Assembly (NCBI GenBank): GCA_003971905.1
Contig: RSEE01000046.1
Coordinates: forward strand, 1 to 64,000
DNA length: 64,000 nt
DNA from: Moniliella sp. 'wahieum'
Lineage: Eukaryota
Direction of reading: 5' to 3'
Part shown: piece after piece, positions 51,426-64,000 of the stretch
How positions within the stretch are numbered: position 1 is the stretch's first letter
Layout of the letters: each line of letters starts with the position of its first letter
The notes under the pieces: generated by a model
Seen by the model: only the letters and a program-made list of their open reading frames with translations
Told to the model about the DNA's origin: nothing
Database searches by the model: none
Program-made: the position numbers and the translations under genes

Positions 51426-54400
51426 CTAGACTGCGCCGCCGACGATTGACGCCATCGGTCAAGCGTCGTGCCGCGTTGGGCATCAAGCCCATGCCGGGAA
51501 GGGGGGGCACAACGGGGCCCATCGAAGGCACCGAAGCGGAAACCATACTACGTGCCCCGGGCGGGGGAGGGGCATACCGGGGGGCAAGCCGGGCGGCATG
51601 CCCATTGGCATGGGTGCACCCATGGGGGGAACGGCATCATGCCCAAGCCCATGGGCGGCATGCCCATCCAGTTGGAAGCGCGCTGGCGCTCAAGACGTTC
51701 CTTTTCAGCTTGCGCCTTCTCCTTTTGGAGCTCCTTGATCAGAGCAGCCTGCTGAGCAATGATGGCTGCTTTGGATGGGCGACACCCAGCAACTCCTCGT
51801 CGCTCTCCGATTCATCGTCAGAGCCAAGCTGGAACATGTCCTTCTCCCCGTCGGCCTGGGGAGGGGAATTGTCTTCCTTGATCGCCTCGATTTCGGCACG
51901 CAGCTTGCGCGATTGTTGGCGCTGTTTCTTGGCCAGAGCTTGGATCTTGGCCAGCTGTTCTTTGTGGTCAGGATGCACCACGCCCAGGGGGCATCGTCCT
52001 CCTCGTCCTGATCCGATTCCTCTTCCGCAAGACCCATCTCATCCATAAGGGTCTGATGCTTGCGATTAGCGAGTTGCGACAGGGGCATCTCATCTTCCGA
52101 ATCCTCCGCCTTGCGGCCCATCAATTGGTCCAGAGGCAAATCCTCCGATCCTTCCGAATCCGAGTCGTCGACACCAGGAATTCCCAAACCACCGCCAAAG
52201 TTGGCTCCCAAATCGAGGGTTTGAGTATCGTTAGCAGCAGCGGTTTGCTTCGCAGCTTCCGGACGCCCTCAGACCACAGAGACAGATTGGTCGTGCTGGC
52301 AGCTTTCTTGGCCTTGCGGGCATTGTCACCATCTTCATCCTCCTCCTCTTGGGCGGGAAACCACTCTCCTTCATCCTCGGCGTGCGCAGCGAGCACATCC
52401 ACGTCCAACGTAGGCGCGTGTCCACTTCCAGCGTCACCCCCTCCTCCACTAGCCTCTTCCCGAGTGGTAGACAGGGTAGCCACATCCGCCGGGCGGGCCG
52501 TGCCAATGGAGCGCAAGTCGGACGTAGATGTGGAGGGAAGGAACTCGAGCTCGGGCTCTGGCTCGACCCACTTACCCTCCCGAATGAGCCGTTGTTTTTC
52601 CTCTTCTGCCTCGATCGCATCCGCCTCTTTGCGGCGGCGCATCTCGGCTTGGTACAGTTCGCTGTGCGAAGAACCAAAAACAGCGGCCATACGCTCCCGA
52701 GTATCGTTAGTACCGAGAGGGTTGTCCTTGAACGTGCCTGCCGTCTGGGCCGAGGGGGGATGGAAGAGCCATCGCCCACATCCACCGCCAACAAGTCGGC
52801 TTCGCCATAAAAGCTAACAAGACGTCAGAAGAATTCACACACAAGGAACCAGGAATCTCAAGTGAAGGGAAACGTACCGAGTTTGCTTTTTTCCGCGTTT
52901 TCCCCCTCTGCTCAGCCAAGTCGAGCAGACTCTTTCCATACAAGGTCCGCAGCGGGCCTTCATCAACCCAACGGTCGCCTCGCTCTCTTCCGAACTGTCC
53001 GACTCGGCCGACGTATCGCCCTCGGACGCATCCCCCCATTCATCCGGAGACGAATCGTCAGAGATAGCTCCGCCTTCCCAAATGCCGCCCGAAGCAACAA
53101 TCTCATCGCGGGCACGGCGCTTACGGCGACGCTCTTTGCGTCGTGTACGCTTTGCCTTGGCAAGCTTGCGCTTCTGGCGAGCTGAAAGCTTGAACCGCGC
53201 CTTGCGTCGCTCTGCCTCATCCGTTGCATCCAGGATGGTCGTCTCGGCCAACGCTTGGGTATCCCACCCCCACCCATCCTGGTCGGCAGGATCGTGTACC
53301 AGGGGGTTCCGGAACAGCGCCGTGGTGGCCGTTGCCGCTCGTTCGCGCAGCGCTGGCGGCGCGTCCGTCGGAACGGGAACCACAGCGCGGCCGCTCGATC
53401 AGAGCGGAGGAAGGCGTCCACCGCTTCATCCGCTTCCTTCTTGCGTGCCATCGCCTTGGCCCGCGCAGCCTCCCGGTCCTTGGCACGTTGCTCTGGGTCC
53501 CGCGTACGCAGGTCTCGTCGATTCGTCGTCCGAGCCGCCGCCGCTTCCACGGTGAGGAATCGTACGGGAGGCAAACTGCGGCCGTCATGCAGCACAAATC
53601 CGGCGGGACATGCATCCCTTTTGCGGCGGCGGCACGACCGGAAGGTTGGTCGTCGTCCAAGTCGGCGATTTGAGCGCGTTCCTGAGCAATCAGCTGACGC
53701 TGGAGCTGGACCTGCCTCATTCCCGGCGGCAGAAGCTGGATCAGTTGAGTATTGTTAACCAGCGGCTCAGGCATGACCAAGTTAGTGGACAAACGGGCAT
53801 CGACGCCGCGACGGGCGAGCCAGCCCACGTTTTGACGGCGGTGCCATTGGCCGGTGCGTTCATCATAATCATTTCGTCCTCTTCGTCATCCAGCAAGTCA
53901 CCCAGTTCTTGCGGCCCGTCATCCGACCGGCCGAGACCGAGGCGGAACATGCTCTTGCGCTGTTCGGCTTTCCTGCGCTGCGTATCGTGGTTGGCTTCAG
54001 ACTCAAACGCCGGCTCGGCAGTACGTTTTTTTCCGCTTAAACAAGCCCCTGCCACGATCCGTCCCCTTGTCCAACTCGGCTCGGGGTCTAGCAGATTGGG
54101 CCGCCCCACATTCTCAGACGAGTCAAAGCGCGTGTCGTCATTATACTCGGGCAAGGTACCACCGGCGGCAAGGATCTGCAACTGACGGGTGGTGCCATCC
54201 ATGGGCATCGAAGTGGTTCCTCGGTCGAGCGGCGAGGGCGCAGCATCCCCAAGGGGCATCATCTTCATCGTCGGTACCCATTCCGTTGGCGTTCAAATGG
54301 GTAGGAAAGCGTCCAGCATCGCCGGTGGAAAACTCGGCAAAGGGGTCACCGGGCACCGCACCCTCCCGGGCGAGAGGGACGTGGTGAGGTCCAGGCGAGG

Positions 54401-55763
54401 GGCACGAGGCGCTGACATGGTGGCAAGGAAGGCCGATCCAGGACGGCTCAAGGCAGCATGAGCCGCCTCCAAAGCACCCACACCAGCCCAATCGTGACCG
54501 GTCTCTTCCGCCTCTTGATCAAGAGCCGGGCGGGACCAAGGTCCATCTGTAATTCCCCCCCATTCTCAGTAGGATTCGTCTGACCGGGTAACTGGAGGCC
54601 AAAAAAGGAGTCCCCAGCCGTAGACACGGGGCGAGAGCGAGGATAAAACAGCGATTGCTCGTCAGGATGGGTCGAGGTGGTTTGAACCGAGGCAAGGTCT
54701 GCACCGCCATCCTGGGATTCGTGCCAGACACTACCAGTGATGGCCGCAACACTTTGGCGATGGTTCTGTCCTTCCTCGGTCTGGTGACGCGCGTCAAGGT
54801 CGCGCACTTCTGGCGAGCCAGGGCGAGAAGCCGAGCCAAGCGGCTCTGTATTCTGCCGATAGGCAGCAATCCGAGCCATCAATGCCGGATCAGGCGTGTG
54901 GACGTGCCGGCTGCTCGCGATGGAGCGAGAACGGGTGCGAGAGTGGGAATCGGACACCCCACGGGCCATGGCAACCGAGCCAATGGCCTCGCTATCGGAC
55001 ACGGCCCCGTCACGCGTCTCGGTGGTCTGGCTGAGAAGTGAGGTGCTTCGCATCCTGGGTTCGTCTGAGCGGATGGGCGAACCCAAGGAAGAGGACCGCT
55101 GGCGTTGGCGGGCTTTCAGCACCTTGTCCCGCTCGTCGGCCGAGAGAAACTTGTCCACCCCCCATGCGGAGAGGGCGTCATCATCTGCACCTGGCGCTCC
55201 CTCTCCATTGCCCTCCATGGCAGCACCATCCGGGGACGCAGAGTCGAGGTGCACATTGCCATGGTCCGACAGTCCACTGAGAAAGCTGCGACGGCGAGCG
55301 TCCTGCTCCGAGGGGAGATCGACACCAAGCAGGTTGGGAGACACGGCATCCAAGTCGGGATGAGCGGAATGAGGAGTGTCGTGGGCCAAGTCAGGGGGAG
55401 GAGCAAGGGGTGGGGTCGGGGGAGGAGCGGTCAGGTGGGCGAGCGCAGCGGCGTGGCGGCGGCCATGTCGGCGGCGCGGGCCTGGGCGCGGGCCAGGGCC
55501 TCGCGGGCAGCGTCATCGTCGCGGAAGGGAAGGAAGATGGCCGAGTCGGAGGCGAGCTTGAGCGGAGGGAGGGGGTGGGGCACAAACGGTTCGCGCAGCG
55601 CAACTTCGGCCCGGAGGCCGACGGGCAGGGCGGCGTGTTCGGCGGCATGAGCGGCCTCGCGCTCGCTCTCGGCGGCGTGCAGAGCCTCGACCCACTCGTT
55701 GTCGGCCTCGATGAGGGCAGCGGCGAGCTGGAGGCGCGCATTGATGCGCTTGGTCAGGCGCAT
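51426..55763 (-). CDS. Large low-complexity uncharacterised protein
   Basis: Chain of minus-strand ORFs with coherent composition (RINARLQLAAALIEADNE; ALSAWGVDKFL; LVMPEPL; YGKSLLDLAEQR; VFGSSHSELYQAEM; acidic and Gly/Met/Pro-rich C-terminus). Intron 52814-52877. Both ends approximate. Confidence 0.65.
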
Positions 55764-56399
55764 GGAGCCTGGCCGCCAGCAGGGGTGGTGGTGGAGGGGG
55801 GCAGAGCAGCCCAGCGGCCATCAAACTCTGCCGCCCAGCCCCGTTGGGCCACGTGGCAGGAGCGCAGTGTTCTCCACTGCCGATCGGGAGGGGGCATTGT
55901 GCATCACGTGATGCGAATGAGTGGGGCCGGTGGCGGGCGCAGCACAGCACAGCACAGCACTGCACAACACTGGCCCAGCCCCGTCCGCAACACAACCAAG
56001 CTTCTGCGCGGCGTCACGTGCACAGCGCTGCTGGAACTCCGGCGCTTCTTCCTGTCTCCGTCCGCTTCACTCTTGAATGTGGAACATGCAACGTCCAACT
56101 TCAAGAGGAAACGTTCCGCCACACCCCACCCTTGGCAATGCCCAAGGAGGGCAAGCAGGTAGCTGGCCGTGTTCACCACCGAGAAGAGTACCTCGGCCTG
56201 CGCTTCTCCTTGACCCTCTGCGCCCGACCCGTATATCGGCGCCCCCGTGTTGGTTGTCCGTCACGTGGGCGTCACGCGCGCCAGAACCTCGCTTGTGCCC
56301 ATTGCAGCCCACAGGCTGCGCCCGAAGAATATGGCATTCAATTGCTATTACTCACAGTGCTAGTAATCGAAGCGAGGCTCCGACAGTGTTGATACTCAG

Positions 56400-57449
56400 T
56401 TAAGTACTCACCGGTCGCCACCCACCACTCACCACTCGTCCCTGCCAGGGTGCTCATCGGCTCGTGCCTATTGCTCCCACTCCACACATCTCCCCCGCAT
56501 CCTCCATCATCCCGTTGACCCCAGCCACGACACATCCAGTGCTGGAAACGCAGCCAAACCACATATCGGCATTCTCTCTCCTCCTTCTGGCCACATGCTG
56601 CTGTCGTCCCAGAGCACACACACCCGCAAACGAGCCCTCATCGGCCTGGACAGATTCCGTTTGGTTCTCCCCAGGGCTCGTTTCTGGGCCATCTCTGCCC
56701 GCTCCATCCGCTGCCGTTGGCTCTCAATCATCAGTGCCTCATTGTGGGCTTGACGCCGCTGGGCATGGAGCACCGTTCGCTCCGCCGGCTGGGGCTGGAC
56801 CGTGCGGCTAGGCAAGGGACAGGTGCAGGTATGTCCAAATGAACCCGTCCCATTTTTCGCAGTATGAACTGCTTCGCTGGCTTGGTGTGGTGCTTGTCAA
56901 ACTTGCCCCGAACGCGAGTTAGGCGAACGGGTGGAATCGGGGAACGAGGACTGGGCTGGGTCGCAACTACCTCTTCAGCAGTGGGCCCAGGCTCGGGTTG
57001 AGCAGGTTCCATCGTAGTGGCAGGCTCCTCACAAGAATGGAAACATCTTCCTCAAGATGAAGTGCATGCTCTGCAACTAGGGCATACTCCTCGACAATGG
57101 GAGCATCCTCGAGAAGGAACGGCTCTTCAACAATGGAAGGTTTCCTGGTCTCAAGAATGGTAGAGACCTCAAGAATGCTGTGATGCTGCTTCAGCAGGAT
57201 GGAGCCGCACTCCGTCACCGAAGCGGCTGGATCAGTCACCGAACCTGCAAACTTGGCTACCGACACGGCGAGCTCAACCATCGGGAAGGCGAGCGCATCA
57301 GCCAACGCGAAAGCGAGCTCAGCCAGGATGGTGCGAAGCTTGACAGTGGAGGGTGAGTGAACAGAAGAAAGACGAGGAGCCTTTGCCGTATCGCGAGCCG
57401 CAGGTTTGTTGGAGGAGGTTTTGACCATTGTTGGGAGGAGCGCTGCCAT
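56400..57449 (-). CDS. Hypothetical protein (frameshifted)
   Basis: Consecutive overlapping minus-strand ORFs 56967-57449, 56731-57012 and 56507-56815 with protein-like composition. No recognisable domain. Confidence 0.35.
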
Positions 57450-58197
57450 TCAGGGAAACCTCAGTAACGTGGGCCTTCAACGCGGGGTAGCATACTCAGT
57501 ACTCACTGGGGGGCGTGGGCGATCCGAGGAAGAAACCATGTAGCGCATTCCCTAGATTGGCCTTCCTAGCCCCCGATGATCGATTAGGTATGGAGATGAG
57601 GCTGTCAGGAAACGTGAGATGGAGGAAAGGGAGGCAGGAGTGGGATCGGTGGATGATCTGATGCATATCTATGGACGGATTGTGGAGTTCTTTGCCCCTC
57701 CGAAGGAAGAGAGGATACAGCTCTGCATAAGTGAAAACCATGATGTACGACAAGCCACAAGAGCCCCCTAATAGTAGAGTAGCATGGTGAATCTGCCAGA
57801 CGCGGCGGTCGGAGAGAGGGGAGGGGCTCAAACTCGATGATACCTATAACAGAGCTCTTCCTCGGGCCACACGTCACACATGCCACACATTAATAGAATT
57901 GGGACCATCAAAAACAAAGTACCATGTGAAGCATGGCACGCTAAACTCGACGTTTTTGTAAGAAGGGACAGTTATTGAAGGCTCGGCGACGACCAGGTCG
58001 ACGCGGCTAGTAGAGAACTCAAGAATGTTGCGTTTTGAAGAAGCGAAAAAAGAGTGGGTATCCAAAACCAGGTTCAACTTTAAACATTGTAGAGCGTTTT
58101 GTTGAGGAATTGCAGCGTAGAGCCAACGCCATTGGCCAAGGGCTGGGCCTGCAACCGCACACCATCCGAGGACCGGGGGTATAGAAGCGCCAGCCAT

Positions 58198-58761
58198 TCA
58201 AAGGCTTGCTCCCGCCGTATGCGTTCTCGTTATCCGGGTGCGTCTCTCCCTTCTCACCAAAAGGAATCCAATCGGTAGTGAAGTTCTGGGCTTGGCTGGG
58301 GTTGTCCCTTGAGAGCCGCTGAGGAGGTGGAAGAGTTGCAGGCCAAATTCAGCCGACGTGTTGTCATGGTTGCATGGGCCAACGGTAAAGTGGGTGGCAT
58401 GCGTTGTGTTGCTCACTCCCGCCACGCACTGGCTCGTGTCATGTTCCGGCGAGAAGAAGCCAAAGGTTTCGGTCCAGTATCCCTGCCACCCGCTGATCGT
58501 GCCGTGCACATCGTACACGTCGGAATCGACCGGGGTAAAGAGGAAGTGGGTGCGGGAATGCGAGTTGTCTGTCACGTCCAACACCCCTTGTTCCACCTTG
58601 ATCCACTTGTCATCGAGTCCGATGGGGAAGGGGCCAATGGGGGTGAAGAAGCTGTTGTCCCGTGTGTTCAGCTGTTGGGCCGGAGGCGTGGGCCGAGCCT
58701 TGGCCACCCCCAGTGCGAAGGCAGCGGCGAACAAAGCAGAGTTCGTGAGAGGAAGCTGCAT
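58198..58761 (-). CDS. Small secreted protein, candidate effector
   Basis: Signal-peptide-like N-terminus MQLPLTNSALFAAAFALGVAKA, paired Cys (QCVA...VGPCN), TATATA about 125 bp upstream. The true C-terminus may extend past 58198 after a frameshift. Confidence 0.6.
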   Translation of the reverse strand: MQLPLTNSALFAAAFALGVAKARPTPPAQQLNTRDNSFFTPIGPFPIGLDDKWIKVEQGVLDVTDNSHSRTHFLFTPVDSDVYDVHGTISGWQGYWTETFGFFSPEHDTSQCVAGVSNTTHATHFTVGPCNHDNTSAEFGLQLFHLLSGSQGTTPAKPRTSLPIGFLLVRRERRTRITRTHTAGASL

Positions 58762-61146
58762 GGCGGATATAAGTGTTGGGTGGGTGGTCGTGTTGTATCG
58801 ATCAACAGCAAAAAGGTGTACTCAGTAAATGCGGTGTTGGGCGGGTGGGGGGGGGCGGAGCAGCCATAGGCAATAGCCTGTGCATATATAGTGCTGGCCA
58901 CCTGCCCCGGCGTCTTCCACTCTCCTCGGCACAGCGCACGGGGTTGGGTGGCGGACACTGGCGCGCTGGCTGGGCGGACAGCAAGCCACAGTGAGATGTG
59001 ACATGTGAGCGGGCTGATGCTGATGCATGATGGCTCTCCTCGTCGCCGCAAGTCCGTGCTCTCGATCCCGGCGCGCCTCGTACCTTAAACGCCCTGAGCG
59101 CCTGGGCCTGAGCGGCTGAATAGCTCCGCAGCCCCAGAATTCTGAAAGGAGCTTGAATATTGAATAGTGAATGCTACACAGTGATGTGACCTCCGGACCC
59201 CGATGCCATGCGAGACGGCATTCAAGCACAGGAGAGGCCAATAGACGATAGGGATTGAATATTGATGGCTGGTGAGAGATAGTAGAGAGTAGCGGAGAGG
59301 GAGGAGGAGGAGGGAGTGGAAGAGGGAAGATGAAGAGCTACGACTGCTGAGGCTCCTAGAAGTGGCTGGGAGCGCCGGATGATGAGACCTGGAGTCCTGA
59401 TGATCCTCGAGGGTGATGCAAGCGCACTGGTGGTGGTGGTGTGGCAACCAGCAATGCCCACAGAGGAACATCAATCAGCGAGACCCCATCAGGGGCTAAG
59501 CTGCGGGACAAGGAGGAAAACAGGAGAGGGGAAACAGCGGAACGTTCCGCTCCTAGGCCTGAGGAGGAGCTGAAGGGACATTGGCCAAAGCAAGAGCCAC
59601 CTAGCTCAACATAGCGCGGGTCTACCCGGATTTTGTACTCGCGTTATTGTTACCGACGGTGTGGCGGCATAATTCTTTCCTCTGGCCAGAGAGAGAGACC
59701 AAATTTTTGGAGTATCAAGCCAGCGTGTAGGACCGCAAAAGACGCGCGTATACGATAGGGAAATGGAAGGCAGCTGTTATAGCAAAAAAGAAAGCGATCA
59801 ACGTGTGGGTGCTGATGGAAGAGAGGAAAAGGAGACATAGGGTTGCAAAAAATGATATAGTAGAAGAGAGGATAGCGCCGGCCACGCAGGCCCTTACGGA
59901 GGATCAGGAAGAGGTAGGCCACACGTCTCAACAATGTATTCGGTCCAATCTCAGGAGGAGGTGCACCCCGGAAGGTGGGACACGAGACAACCCCAACGCC
60001 TGTGTGGAACGCCGGGGGGAGATAGAGTTGCTTCGAATGTTGGGGCCTGTGAAATGCGCCGAGAGACTCCCACAAATATATGCAAGGGACGCACTCAAGA
60101 ACCGTTCCCACCTGTCCTATACTAGTTTGGCTGATATCGCTCACTTTTCCAATTTCTTCGTTTCGAGTGTTTCGCTCCTTCCCTGTGTTCTTCCGCTTCG
60201 CACCTGTGCCCTTGCTTCTTTCCCACGAACGATTGCTACATCATCCCTTGGCTAGTCCCGACTTTGGTATCCCTCACCTTAGCCCCCGACTATGACACCG
60301 CCCCTGGTCATGATGACAACGCGGGGGTACTATGCCACCAAGAGGGTAAACAACCGTTCTTGCCTCTCTGTCTGCAACGTTCAGCTGAACGCCCACGTTC
60401 ACATACGTTCACCTATTAATCGATCAGCTTGCTCGCCCATAGCCCCCGTTGTTTCGCCAGGAGGGTTGGTGTTGGCCTCTTTCGCGCGTGATGGCAATTA
60501 TAGAGTGGATGGTTCAGCAGTTTTTTCGTGTGGAGCAGGGGCCCTCTGTTGGGCAGAGGGCGAACCACCATGCAGCACTACAAGCGCTCGGCATCATGCA
60601 AACGTGCGCCCGGCCGACCCATCGAGGAGCGTTTTGAAGCGTGAGGCTGCAAAAGCGCCAGGCAGCGAAGGACGCGACGAGAAGAGGGGATATGGAGACG
60701 CAAGAACGCACGGACGCGAGCTACAGCGGAGGCCTCTCCGACTCAGACTGAGATCTCAGGAGCGCATCTACTAGCATGTGTGGTCCAATGCAATGTTGCA
60801 AAGCCGGGGGGCAGGGGGCTAGCTGGCTGGTGGCCCCAGTGTGCCACGCCGCTTGTGGCGGTGGGGGGGGGGCGGGCGGGCCGGGGGGCAGTGTGGCTGG
60901 GCGAGGCGGATGCCGCGGCTGGCCTCGGCTGGCTGCGCCACAGCCGTCTTCGGGCGCTGGGATTATGCGGGAGCAGATGCTCATGCTCGGCTGGCACGCA
61001 GCATCTCGCCGCTGCCTGCAACCCCCGCCGAGGGGACCGCCAGCGCGTCAGGACGCACACACTCTGCTCCCGTGAGGTGTCTGCTGCCCACCCGCCGCCC
61101 CGCCCCGCCCCGGTTGCCTCTGCCCCCGCTTCTGCCCCGACCGGCC

Positions 61147-63078
<1,932 letters not shown>

Positions 63079-64000
63079 GATATGGGGCGCGAGGTGGAAA
63101 GGTGGGGGGAAAAGCTGCTCGCTATACTGACAGTGCTGTCCTCTGATGGTTTTGTTGCTTTGGTCCTGTTTACATCCGTTCTTTTCCTTTCCCCCTTGGA
63201 TGGATGACCTCGTTTCCCGTCTTTTCTCTCTCGCACCCACCTCGATTTTTATGGCGCTCAGGCCGCTGTCGTCTTGTGGCCGCTGCCGCGGCACGGCGGC
63301 GGGCTGGGGACTGTCTGCCCTGCTAACATGCACTCGATACCATCTCTTCCATCACCTCATCTCCCTGTTTTACCACTTGGACCTGCTCCCTGGTGCCGAT
63401 GGTGGAGGCAAGGATATCATGCGCGGCAGATATAGAGGGAGCTCGTTGATAGCGCCGATGCCGGGCGTCTGCGTGCTTCCCATTTCGGAGACTCGAGGCT
63501 TGGCGGAGGCGCTTTAGCCCGTCTGTCTTCAGCGCTTCAGTTGAAAAGGACTTAAATAGGGGTCGAATTTAAGCCATGGTAGGCGCGATGGGAGATGCAC
63601 ATACACCCAGGGCCGCCGCCGCCACCGTCACATGTCAAGCACTGTTACGTGTTACATGTTATGCCCAAGGAAGACGCCTGTGCATGTCTGACCTCCAGCT
63701 GCTTCGAATTCAGGCTGGGCCACCTTGCCTCCCCGAACACGCATAGTGACCATTATATTATCCGCCTGCACTTGGACGCACCGCGTCCTCCGGGCGCTCA
63801 GCTCAGCCTCCCTCGGGCGCCCCACTGAAACCAGCGCGTGCTGTCCCGGTGTGGTCGACTAGGGGGTCTGGCTAGTGACTGGTGGCAGTAGTGAGCGCGC
63901 TAGTGAGAAGTTACTTGTTACTAGGTACTTGTTACTAGGTACTATAGGTACTAGGAACTAATAGTGACTGGTGAAGCTAGTGGAGCTAAGTGACATCAGA

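Noticed and set aside
59803..60774. ORFs 59803-60255 and 60292-60774
   Set aside because: No motif support

Overview
Gene-dense, GC-rich fungal DNA, most likely a basidiomycete (Ustilaginomycotina-like by inference from short GT-AG introns and gene content). The consensus carries many 1-nt indels typical of unpolished long reads, so most genes appear frameshifted. Recognisable genes: an Skt5/Chs4-like Sel1-repeat protein with a CaaX box, an atypical transketolase, RPN8, EGD2 (NAC-alpha), tRNA-Ala(AGC), a BI-1/GAAP protein, GCN1, ILV2, GFA1, YRB1, CDC7, a large uncharacterised protein and a small secreted protein. A complete, young Ty3/Gypsy chromovirus (10959-17477) has a PBS complementary to its own LTR, i.e. 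Tf1-type self-priming. Other notable signals: (1) PRP8 is truly decayed, with 4 in-frame nonsense codons, radical missense changes and a deletion of roughly 400 codons; (2) a diverged inverted copy of the GCN1 3' end lies 26 kb away; (3) there are R3H/Pin4-like and Helitron relics; (4) arrays of TGA in an exact 7-nt register with variable 4-nt spacers lie upstream of most + strand genes. CDS coordinates span frameshifts and introns and are approximate. Homology calls are from motif recognition, not database searches.
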